From contig CAPIEU010000003.1 in assembly GCA_948630815.1 (NCBI GenBank), forward strand, positions 64,178 to 128,177: DNA of 64,000 bases, read 5' to 3'. Below the pieces are notes generated by a model. The model was not told where the DNA came from, searched no databases, and was given only the letters and a program-made list of their open reading frames with translations. The stretch comes from an uncultured Clostridia bacterium (lineage in GTDB: Bacteria > Bacillota > Clostridia > TANB77 > CAG-508). Below are positions 51,080 through 59,605 of this stretch, one piece after another (within the stretch, counting starts at the first letter, position 1; each line of letters begins with the position of its first letter). The translations under genes were made by a program, and so were the position numbers.

Positions 51080-52477
51080 TTAAATTCGTTCTACAATCAT
51101 ATCATCTTTTAAATCTTTAACATTATACCCTTTTTCATTAATTTCATTTCTTAATTTATCTGATAAGTCCCAATTTTTATCAAGCCTTGCTTGTTTTCTT
51201 TTTTCTACTAATTCTAAAATATCATTTGGAATTTCTTCATTATTTTCTTCTAATTCATCTATTTTTATTCCTAATACAGTATCAAATTTTAACAATAAAT
51301 CAGCAAGTTTCTTAGATTTTACACTATATTTTGCTACTTCCCATACAATACTCATAGCAAGTGGCATATTCAAGTCATCATTAATTGCTTCATTGAATTT
51401 GTTTTCGTAATTATTAATAATTTCATCTTGTACATTTTCATTTCCTTCAAAGTGTTTTTTATAACTTTCTTTTAGTTTAATTAATGCTTTGTTTGAAGCA
51501 TCAATTGCTTCCCAAGTAAAGTTAATTTTATTTCTATAACTTGCTGAATAACAAAACAATTTATAAGCAAGTGGTGAATATCCTTTTTTTATTATATCAT
51601 TTAGTAAATATACATTTCCTAAACTTTTAGACATTTTTCCACCATTAATTAATAAGTATTCTCCATGCATCCAAAATTTTGCTGGATTTTTTCCTGTTAA
51701 TCCTTTACTTTGTGCTATTTCATTTTCATGATGTGTAGGTATTAAATCTATTCCTCCTGTATGAATATCAAATTGTTCCCCAAGATATTTCTTACCCATA
51801 GCAGAACACTCTATATGCCACCCAGGATAACATACACCCCAAGGGCTATCCCATTTCATTAAATGGTTTTTAGGTGCTTTTATCCATAATGCAAAATCAT
51901 ATGGATTTTTCTTTTCTTGGTCTATATCTACTCTTGCACCTGCTTTTTGTTCTTCTAAGTTTATACCAGACAAAACACCATATTCATCTAATTTTGATAC
52001 ATCAAAATAGATTGCTGTAGACGTTTCATATGCATAACCTTTTTCCATTAATCCAGAAACAAATTCAATCATTTCATTAATATGATCTGTTGCCTTACAA
52101 ATAATTTCAGGAAGTTCAATATTTAAACTTAATAAGTCATTCATAAAACGTTTAGTATAAAATTCTGCAATTTCTAAAGGTGTTTTTCCTTCTTCTTTTG
52201 CAGACTTAATCATTTTATCTTCTCCTTCGTCTGCATCTGAAACAAGGTGTCCTACATCTGTTATATTCATAATATGTTTTAGAGTATATCCATTATATTT
52301 TAAAACTCTTCTTAAAACATCTTGAAATATGTTTGTTCTCATATTTCCTATTGTTGCATCTTTATATACTGTTGGTCCACACGAATACATACGTACCTCA
52401 TTACCTTCTAAAGGTTTAAAAATATCTTTTGTTTTAGTAAGAGTATTATATAATTTTAATTCCAATTTGCAATCCAC
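51080..52477 (-). CDS. cysS: cysteine--tRNA ligase
   Basis: 465 aa. CGPTVY (HIGH-region equivalent), the zinc-binding Cys residues and KMSKSLGN. Confidence 0.95.
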   Translation of the reverse strand: MDCKLELKLYNTLTKTKDIFKPLEGNEVRMYSCGPTVYKDATIGNMRTNIFQDVLRRVLKYNGYTLKHIMNITDVGHLVSDADEGEDKMIKSAKEEGKTPLEIAEFYTKRFMNDLLSLNIELPEIICKATDHINEMIEFVSGLMEKGYAYETSTAIYFDVSKLDEYGVLSGINLEEQKAGARVDIDQEKKNPYDFALWIKAPKNHLMKWDSPWGVCYPGWHIECSAMGKKYLGEQFDIHTGGIDLIPTHHENEIAQSKGLTGKNPAKFWMHGEYLLINGGKMSKSLGNVYLLNDIIKKGYSPLAYKLFCYSASYRNKINFTWEAIDASNKALIKLKESYKKHFEGNENVQDEIINNYENKFNEAINDDLNMPLAMSIVWEVAKYSVKSKKLADLLLKFDTVLGIKIDELEENNEEIPNDILELVEKRKQARLDKNWDLSDKLRNEINEKGYNVKDLKDDMIVERI

Positions 52478-52667
52478 CTTTCTTTTTTGAAGTTTGAGGT
52501 TTGAGGTTGGAAGTTGGAGATTTAGAAATTCCTTCTAAGACTTTTCTTAAACCTCTAACTTCTAAACACTATTTTTGCTGGTTTGATTTGAAACTGAAAG
52601 TTGGAATTTAGAAAATTGCTTCGAAGACATTGCTTAATTCTAACTTCCAACTTCTAACTTCAAAAAA
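52478..52667 (-). promoter_or_regulatory. repeat-rich structured leader upstream of cysS (not a recognisable T-box)
   Basis: On the transcript, tandem GAAGUUAG/GAAGUUGG units at the 5' end are complemented about 130 nt downstream by CUCCAACUUCCAACCUCAAACCUCAAACUUC. No GGGUGG/ACCGCG T-box core is present. Confidence 0.35.
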
Positions 52668-55505
52668 TTATTTTTTTGTACCAGTTGTTGTGGTTGGTGT
52701 AGTTGGTTTAGTAGTTGTAGTATTTGTATTAGGTTTTACTGTGTTAGTAGTATTTGTATTACCACCTGTAGTTTGTGCTACTATTTTTACTGTAATTGCT
52801 TTAGTTCCAATGTTTCCTGCAGCATCTTGTACAGTATATGTTATTATATATGTTCCTACCTTAGTAGTATCAATTTGTGTTACTACTTTTCCATCTTTCT
52901 TTATTTCTGTTTTAATATTTTTTGTTATATCTCCATCAACATCATCTTTAGCTGTAGCTACTGGTAAAGTCAATTTACCATTTACTTTAATTTCTATTAT
53001 ATCTTTAGTTATTCCAGTTAAAGTAATAACAGGCTTTACAGTATCTGCTGGCTTTGTATGTGTAGGACAAGTCTCAGTTGGTGCCATATACTGTGCATCT
53101 GGAACATTATGCCATGATGTATCTGTATCTCTATTTGGTCTCGTTATAAATACTTTTTCTTCTACATTAGTACAAAACTCATTCGCTATTTTTCCAGTAT
53201 CTTTACATATTCTTAATTTAACATGTGTTTCACAAGTTTTTGAAGGCACAGTTCCTGATACAAACATTTCACTATATGCCCTATTTCCTCTTGGGTCTTG
53301 ATTGCATAATTCATTCGCAAGAAGTCCTGAATCTTTACAAATAGCAGCATTTACTAACCCACTTGGTTTATCAAATTTTGCAGATTCTAGTCCTTCATGA
53401 ATTTTATTCATAATACCGCCCCATCTTCCAGCAACAGTACCACTTCCTGGTGCTTTTGCATCTTTTCCATCATATGCAAAATACATTGCACCACTGTAAT
53501 ATGGTGTAAATCCACAAAACCATGTAATCTCTTGATTATCAGCAGTTCCTGTTTTTCCGCAAGTTTGTTGTCCTGTAACTCTAGCCCTTGTTGCAGTTGC
53601 TCCAGATGTTCCACTTATTCCTGTTCCTGTTGGCTCTGTAAGTAATGATTGCAAAATATATGCATTTTGCTCACTTAATACTCTATGTGTTTCTTGCTGT
53701 TTTTGCATTATTACATTTCCATTTGAATCTTCTACTTTTATATAAAATGTTGGTTCTATATATACACCATCATTTGCAATTGTTGCATATGCTCCTGCCA
53801 TTTCAAGTGGACTAATACCATTTGAAACTCCTCCAAGTGCTAAAGCAAGACCTGCATCTCTTGAATCATCTATTGTAGATATTCCAAATGATTTTAAATA
53901 TTCTATAGACTTAGCAGGACCTAATGTTCTCATCATTTTCACTTCTGGAATATTTCTTGATTCTCTTAATATTGATCTTATATTATATAATCCTTTATAT
54001 CTCCAATCATCATTATGTGGTTTATAACTTCCAAATGATATTGGGGTATCATCAACAACTGTTCCTGCATTTATTAGTCCTTCTTGTAATGATGGTGCAA
54101 TAACTGCTAATGGCTTTATAGAAGAACCTGGTTGCATTCCAGCACTTGTTGCTCTATTTGTTCCCCATGCTGTTTTTTCTCCTAGTACACCTCGTAATGC
54201 TACAACATATCCTGTTTTATGATCAATTATAGCCATACCTGATTGCATTTGAACTGTTATTCTATTTCCATTTTCATCTTTTTTATCTTTAGACTTTGTC
54301 GTTGTCCTCCAACTTTCATTCTCTGTATATTCTCTATCTACTATATCTTGTAAGTTTTTCTTTTCTGTAATATATATTTTATATCCACCACTCATTATTT
54401 TATTTAATGCTACTTGATAATCTAAATCATGTTCTTTTGCATATTGACTTGCAACTTGTTTAAGAGCTGCTTCTTCATTTTGAGTTAAAGAATTATAACT
54501 TGTAATATTACCCTCTTTAAAAGCAAGACCAGCATTTACTTCTTCTGTAGCTGATTTATGTTGTTCCTCATTTATCTTTCCTTGAGATAACATTTCATCT
54601 AATACAGTTTTTGTTCTGTTATTAATCCTTTCTGTCTTTGGATTTTCTTTAAAAGGATTATATATGTTTGGTGAATGGTTAATTCCTGCAATATATGCAC
54701 ATTGTGCAAGAGTTAGATCCTTTGGTGCTTTATCAAAATAATAATTTGCTGCAACTTTAACACCATAAACATTTTTTGCTCCTCCTCCAAGAGGAATTGT
54801 ATTTAAATATGACTCTAGTATTTGGTCTTTTGACATTTCTCTTTCAATTTGATATGCTTTTGCAATTTCTTTTACTTTTCTCATCGAAGATTTATCATTT
54901 TCACCAGTTGCATTTTTTATTAATTGCTGTGTAATTGTACTCCCACCATAAGTAGAATTCCCCATAAAATATTTTAATGTAGCACTTATCGTTCTTGAAA
55001 GATCTACTCCATTATGGTCATAAAATCTCTTATCTTCAATAGCAACAAATGCTTTAGGTAAATATTCTCCCATTTCTGCAAGAGTTATTATTTCTCTATT
55101 CTCATCACCATTTAAAGTTGCCACTTGATTTCCGTCTAAATCTATTAATACACTATTTTCTACACTTATTTCTAAATCTTTAACACTTATTTTAAAATCG
55201 TCTCCAAAAAGTCCAAAAAATAGACCAGCAAAAACACCTGCACCAATTATTGTAAGTATAATAATTAATGCAATAAATATTTTAAGAAATAATTTTAATT
55301 TAGGATGTTTTCCTTTTTGTTTCTTGTTCTTGTTATCTTTCTTATTTTTGTTATCTTTTTTGTCCTTGTTATCTTTCTTATTCTTGTTATCTTTTTTGTC
55401 CTTATTATTATATTCTTTATCTTTTACAGTATTAACTTTCTTAGTCTTTTCTGTATCAACTTTTTTGGTATGATTACTTTTTTTACTTCCCTTTTTAGCT
55501 CCCAT
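52668..55505 (-). CDS. bifunctional class A penicillin-binding protein (PBP1A: glycosyltransferase + transpeptidase) with C-terminal Ig-like and Thr-rich tail
   Basis: 945 aa. N-terminal Lys-rich repeat and TM helix. GT51 motifs EDKRFYDHNGVD and RKVKE. Transpeptidase motifs SSIKP, SRN and KTGT. C-terminal Ig-like domain and TTTTKPTTPTTTT tail. Confidence 0.9.
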   Translation of the reverse strand: MGAKKGSKKSNHTKKVDTEKTKKVNTVKDKEYNNKDKKDNKNKKDNKDKKDNKNKKDNKNKKQKGKHPKLKLFLKIFIALIIILTIIGAGVFAGLFFGLFGDDFKISVKDLEISVENSVLIDLDGNQVATLNGDENREIITLAEMGEYLPKAFVAIEDKRFYDHNGVDLSRTISATLKYFMGNSTYGGSTITQQLIKNATGENDKSSMRKVKEIAKAYQIEREMSKDQILESYLNTIPLGGGAKNVYGVKVAANYYFDKAPKDLTLAQCAYIAGINHSPNIYNPFKENPKTERINNRTKTVLDEMLSQGKINEEQHKSATEEVNAGLAFKEGNITSYNSLTQNEEAALKQVASQYAKEHDLDYQVALNKIMSGGYKIYITEKKNLQDIVDREYTENESWRTTTKSKDKKDENGNRITVQMQSGMAIIDHKTGYVVALRGVLGEKTAWGTNRATSAGMQPGSSIKPLAVIAPSLQEGLINAGTVVDDTPISFGSYKPHNDDWRYKGLYNIRSILRESRNIPEVKMMRTLGPAKSIEYLKSFGISTIDDSRDAGLALALGGVSNGISPLEMAGAYATIANDGVYIEPTFYIKVEDSNGNVIMQKQQETHRVLSEQNAYILQSLLTEPTGTGISGTSGATATRARVTGQQTCGKTGTADNQEITWFCGFTPYYSGAMYFAYDGKDAKAPGSGTVAGRWGGIMNKIHEGLESAKFDKPSGLVNAAICKDSGLLANELCNQDPRGNRAYSEMFVSGTVPSKTCETHVKLRICKDTGKIANEFCTNVEEKVFITRPNRDTDTSWHNVPDAQYMAPTETCPTHTKPADTVKPVITLTGITKDIIEIKVNGKLTLPVATAKDDVDGDITKNIKTEIKKDGKVVTQIDTTKVGTYIITYTVQDAAGNIGTKAITVKIVAQTTGGNTNTTNTVKPNTNTTTTKPTTPTTTTGTKK

Positions 55506-55627
55506 AAAATATCCTCCTTTGTGATACTATAAGTACATAGGCATATTATATTACAAATGTTATAAAAATGAAAGCATTTTAAGAAATTTTTAATTGTTTA
55601 TCTTAACAATAAATTTCAAATTAGGCA

Positions 55628-55654
55628 ATGTAGGGGCAGGTCTTGTGCCTGCCC
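55628..55654. repeat. REP-like palindrome, best full-length copy: ATGTAGGGGCAGG-TCTTGTG-CCTGCCC
   Basis: Perfect 13-bp stem including the outer TGTAGG half. Confidence 0.75.
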
Positions 55655-55786
55655 TTATATATTTCAATTATTATATGTATATGGTTAGGCATAATAATAT
55701 CAAAATGTAATATTACATTTGTAAATTCTTTTTCTAAATTCAAATATACATTTTCTACCATTTTTCTAATTTTGTTATTCTTTTCT

Positions 55787-55817
55787 GGACGGACTAAAGT
55801 CGCCCGCCCCTACACAT
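55787..55817. repeat. REP-like variant (GGACGGACTAAAGTCGCCCGCCCCTACACAT) overlapping the dprA stop region
   Basis: Shares the ACTAAAGTC loop and CCCCTACA tail with the copy at 62546-62574. Confidence 0.6.
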
Positions 55818-56697
55818 TATTTCTTAAATTTATCTCTTCTAACACATCTTTTACACTTGTAACACATTTTGCACCTTGTTTAATTAACTCATTTGTGCCA
55901 AAAGAATAATCACTTGTAATGTTACCTGGAATTACAAATACATCTTTCCCTTGTTCTAATGCAAAATCTACTGTTATTAGAGTTCCGCTCTTTTCTTTTG
56001 CTTCAATAACCAAAACACCATCACTTAATCCACTTATAATACGATTTCTTGCAGGAAAATTCATTTTATTTGCATTTGTGCCTATCACATATTCTGTTAA
56101 AATTAGCCCTCCATTTTCAACAATTTCATTATATAATTTTATATTTTGGCTAGGATATATTCTATCAAGACCGCTTCCTAAAATAGCTATTGTTTTTCCT
56201 TCTTGTTTTAATGCTCCTAAGTGTGCTTTACTATCTATTCCCTTTGCCATTCCACTTATAATACATATTCCCTCTTTTGATAAATCATACGCAAATTTTG
56301 TAGAAATATTTTCTCCATATTTAGTACAATTTCTACAACCTACTATTGCTATTGATTTGTTATTATGCAGTAATTGTTTATTTCCCTTATAATATAAAAT
56401 TACTGGTGCATCGTAAATATTTTTTAAATTTTTAGGATAATCTTCATCTAATATTGTAATCATTCCTATATGATATTTTTCCATATATTCTACATATTTT
56501 TCTAAATTACTTCTATATTTTTCATTTAATATTTGATTTGCTGTTACTTCTCCAACCCCCATATTCTTTAATAATTCTTCTTTTTTTAGTCCCCAAATTT
56601 CTTTTGGTGTTTTATAATTTTCTAATAATTGTTTTATTTTTATTGGTCCTACTCCTTCAATTCTAGATAACCATATCCAATATCTTTTATCGTCCAT
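55810..56697 (-). CDS. dprA: DNA-processing protein DprA (Smf)
   Basis: 295 aa. Rossmann-like DprA domain (GxxGIDxxAH-like region AKGIDSKAHLGAL and TLITVDFALEQGKDVFVIPG). Confidence 0.85.
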   Translation of the reverse strand: MDDKRYWIWLSRIEGVGPIKIKQLLENYKTPKEIWGLKKEELLKNMGVGEVTANQILNEKYRSNLEKYVEYMEKYHIGMITILDEDYPKNLKNIYDAPVILYYKGNKQLLHNNKSIAIVGCRNCTKYGENISTKFAYDLSKEGICIISGMAKGIDSKAHLGALKQEGKTIAILGSGLDRIYPSQNIKLYNEIVENGGLILTEYVIGTNANKMNFPARNRIISGLSDGVLVIEAKEKSGTLITVDFALEQGKDVFVIPGNITSDYSFGTNELIKQGAKCVTSVKDVLEEINLRNNV

Positions 56698-56712
56698 AAA
56701 TACCTCCTAATT

Positions 56713-56925
56713 TCAAATATGTTTTTCTACCATTTTCGCTAATTTTGTTATTTGATGTCTCTGGGCAGGTACAAGACCTGCCCCTACATTGTTTGTTATT
56801 ATTTTTGCTAATGTTTTTTCTCTATTTTGTGTACATATTGTTATAAAATAAAGACCTCTTTTTGAATAATCATATTCTTTTATCCTAATTGAATGTCTGT
56901 GATGTATATCTGGGTTAAATTTCAT
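56713..56925 (-). pseudogene. remnant of an IS200/IS605-family (RAYT-like) Y1 HUH transposase, internally deleted, containing a REP-like palindrome
   Basis: ATG at 56923-56925 follows a GAGGAGG ribosome-binding site. MKFNPDIHHRHSIRIKEYDYSKRGLYFITICTQNRE matches the conserved N-terminus of this transposase family, but the HuH and catalytic Tyr regions are missing (70 aa only). Codons VGAGLVPAQ are encoded by the palindrome GGGCAGGTACAAGACCTGCCC (56764-56790). Confidence 0.6.
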
Positions 56926-57044
56926 GTATTTTTTCCTCCTCACATAGCTTCCGTTTCATCTTGCACAAAAAAGAGAAACGATTAGTAATCGCTTCCCTTC
57001 GATTTTATTTAATAATATTTTTGCCCCCCACAAAATTATTATCA

Positions 57045-57890
57045 CTATTTCATTCTTGCTTTTGCAGCTTTAACAACATTTACCATAAGCATTGCAATTG
57101 TCATTGGCCCTACTCCTCCTGGTACTGGTGTTATGTATGATGCTTTTTTAGATACATCTTCAAAATCTACATCTCCTACTATTTTCCCCTCTTCATTTCT
57201 ATTTATTCCAACATCTATTACAACAGCTCCCTCTCTTACCATATCTGCTTTTATGAAATTTGGTTTTCCTAGTGCTGCAATAACTATATCTGCATTTTTT
57301 GTTGTATTTGCAAGATCTTTTGTTTTAGAATGACATATTGTTACTGTTGCATTTTTATTTAGTAAACATTGTAATAATGGTTTTCCTACAATATTACTTC
57401 TTCCTACAATAACTGCATGAGCTCCTTCAAGTGGTACATTATAACATTCTAACATTTTTATAATTCCATATGGAGTACAAGATACAAAGCAATCTTGATT
57501 TAAGCTTAATTTTCCAACATTTATTGGGTTAAATCCGTCTACATCTTTTTCTGTTGCAATTTCTTTAAATGCTTCATTTATATCTAATTGTTTTGGTAAT
57601 GGACTTTGAAGTAAAATTCCATGAATATTTTTATCCACATTTAAAATATGTATTAAATTTAATAGCTCGTCCATAGTAGTATCTTCTTCTAATAAATATT
57701 CTTTATAATCTACACCAATTTCTTCACAAGCTTTAGATTTATTTTTAACATACACCTTTGATGCTTTATCATCTCCAACCATAATAACTGCAAGTCTTGG
57801 ATTAATTCCATTTTTCTTTAGTTCATCAACTTCTTCTTTCAAATTTTCACGAATACTTTTTGCAAGTGCTTTTCCATCTATTAATTCCAT
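57045..57890 (-). CDS. folD: bifunctional methylenetetrahydrofolate dehydrogenase/cyclohydrolase
   Basis: 281 aa. The YVKNK region, the PGGVGPMT motif and the NAD(P)-binding GRSNIVGKP motif are present. Confidence 0.9.
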   Translation of the reverse strand: MELIDGKALAKSIRENLKEEVDELKKNGINPRLAVIMVGDDKASKVYVKNKSKACEEIGVDYKEYLLEEDTTMDELLNLIHILNVDKNIHGILLQSPLPKQLDINEAFKEIATEKDVDGFNPINVGKLSLNQDCFVSCTPYGIIKMLECYNVPLEGAHAVIVGRSNIVGKPLLQCLLNKNATVTICHSKTKDLANTTKNADIVIAALGKPNFIKADMVREGAVVIDVGINRNEEGKIVGDVDFEDVSKKASYITPVPGGVGPMTIAMLMVNVVKAAKARMK

Positions 57891-58020
57891 CTTTATACTC
57901 CTTTTTATAAGTATGAATATACTTTTTTCATATTGTATATTAAAGATAAATATTTTTCAATGCTTTTATAAAATTTTTTCTTATGTAGTGATGTGTCAAA
58001 TTAGACACATCAAAAAAATA

Positions 58021-58242
58021 CTAACAACATTTCTTACAACATATAAGCATTATAATTCTTATTAAAATTAATACTCCTAAAAGTACTGCTACAGCTATAA
58101 CTCCACTTAGTCCTAATAGTACAAGAATTCCTGTTAAAGCTCCTATAATTAATCCTATTACAAATGCAAATAGAACTAATAATATAGTTAATATTAAGTC
58201 TACACAACATTTTCTATTTCTACATCCATCTTGTTCAAACAT
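58021..58242 (-). CDS. small Cys-rich membrane protein
   Basis: 73 aa. N-terminal CRNRKCC, two hydrophobic helices, C-terminal CCKKCC. No family recognised. Confidence 0.4.
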   Translation of the reverse strand: MFEQDGCRNRKCCVDLILTILLVLFAFVIGLIIGALTGILVLLGLSGVIAVAVLLGVLILIRIIMLICCKKCC

Positions 58243-58344
58243 AATATTTCACCTCCTTATAACACTAGGTATGTGTTATAATATATTATATTCATGTCCT
58301 ATAAAGAGGTTACAAGTTTCAACATTGTTATATAATAAAATTTC

Positions 58345-59565
58345 TTATTCTCCTTTTTCTTCTCTAAGGTTAATCATATCTTTAACTTTCATTTCTCCTG
58401 CTCTTGTAATTTTTTCATATCCATATTTTTTCTTTAAATCATCCATTACTTTATCTAGTTTTTCTTGTTTTTTGTTATTGTTCGTATCAAATAATGATAT
58501 TTGTACTTCATTCTCACTAATAAGTTTATCTACTCTTATTCCAATTAAACGTACTCCTCTATTTTTATGTAACTCTTCTAATAAGTATTTTGCTGTTTCA
58601 TATATTTCTTTTGTTACATTAGTTGGTTTGTCTAATTTCCTTTGATGTGAAAAATTTGCAAAATCTTTTGTTCTTATTTGAACATTAACTACACTTGCTA
58701 ATAGATCATATTTTCTTAATCTAAATCCCACTTGTTCTGTTAATGCAAGTAATATCTCATTTAGTTTATTAATATTATATACGTCTTGTGGCAATGTAAT
58801 AGAGTTTCCTATCCCCTTTGGTATTTCTTGTTCATAGGTAACTTCACTTTCATCGACTCCATTTGCATATTCCCACATTATTCTTCCGTGTTTACCAAAT
58901 TTTTTTATTAATATATTTTTATCATATTTTGCAATATCTCCTATTGTTTTTATTCCAATTTGATTTAATTTACCTATGCTTTTTTTACCAACCATAAATA
59001 AATCTTGTGCTGGTAGCTTCCACATTTTATCTTCTAGCTCATTCTTAAATAAAGTATGAACTTTATCTGGTTTTTCAAAATCTGATGCCATTTTCGCAAG
59101 CAATTTGTTGTTTGATACACCTACATTTACAGTAAATCCTAATTCTTCTTTCACTCTTTTTTTTATCTCATATGCTTTATCTATTAATTTTTCATCTTTT
59201 CTTAAAAAAGAGGTTAAATCCATAAAACATTCATCTATTGAAAAACGTTCTATTTTATCTGTATATTCCAATAATAAATTATATAATTCATTAGAATGCT
59301 TTTTATAGTTATCGAAATTCCCTTGAAATACTTGAACATCAGGACATTTCTTTCTTGCTTGATAAATAGGTTCTCCTGTTCGTATTCCAAATTCTTTTGC
59401 TTTCATACTTTTAGCAAGTACCACTCCGTGCCTTGTTGCTTCATCTCCACCTATTATAGCCGGAATTGTTCTTATATCTATTTCTTCTCCTAAACTTAAT
59501 CTCTCAATAGCTGTCCATGATAAAAAAGCATTGTTTACATCTACATGTAAAATTTGTCTTTCCAT
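58345..59565 (-). CDS. dinB: DNA polymerase IV (Y-family, DinB)
   Basis: The start is probably MERQILHVDVNNAFLS (the DMNAFFA-type motif). UmuC-like fingers/palm region and the little-finger domain follow. Confidence 0.85.
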   Translation of the reverse strand: MERQILHVDVNNAFLSWTAIERLSLGEEIDIRTIPAIIGGDEATRHGVVLAKSMKAKEFGIRTGEPIYQARKKCPDVQVFQGNFDNYKKHSNELYNLLLEYTDKIERFSIDECFMDLTSFLRKDEKLIDKAYEIKKRVKEELGFTVNVGVSNNKLLAKMASDFEKPDKVHTLFKNELEDKMWKLPAQDLFMVGKKSIGKLNQIGIKTIGDIAKYDKNILIKKFGKHGRIMWEYANGVDESEVTYEQEIPKGIGNSITLPQDVYNINKLNEILLALTEQVGFRLRKYDLLASVVNVQIRTKDFANFSHQRKLDKPTNVTKEIYETAKYLLEELHKNRGVRLIGIRVDKLISENEVQISLFDTNNNKKQEKLDKVMDDLKKKYGYEKITRAGEMKVKDMINLREEKGE

Positions 59566-59605
59566 ATTATCACCATTTTTATTATAGAACATATGTTTTT
59601 AGGTG

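Noticed and set aside
52486-52665. CRISPR array (because of the short repeated units)
   Set aside because: The units are 8-24 bp, imperfect, and arranged as inverted complements rather than direct repeats with unique spacers. No cas genes are nearby.
52478-52667. T-box riboswitch upstream of cysS
   Set aside because: There is no GGGUGG/ACCGCG T-box core and no recognisable specifier-loop or AGAGA features. The region is built from short tandem and inverted repeats instead.
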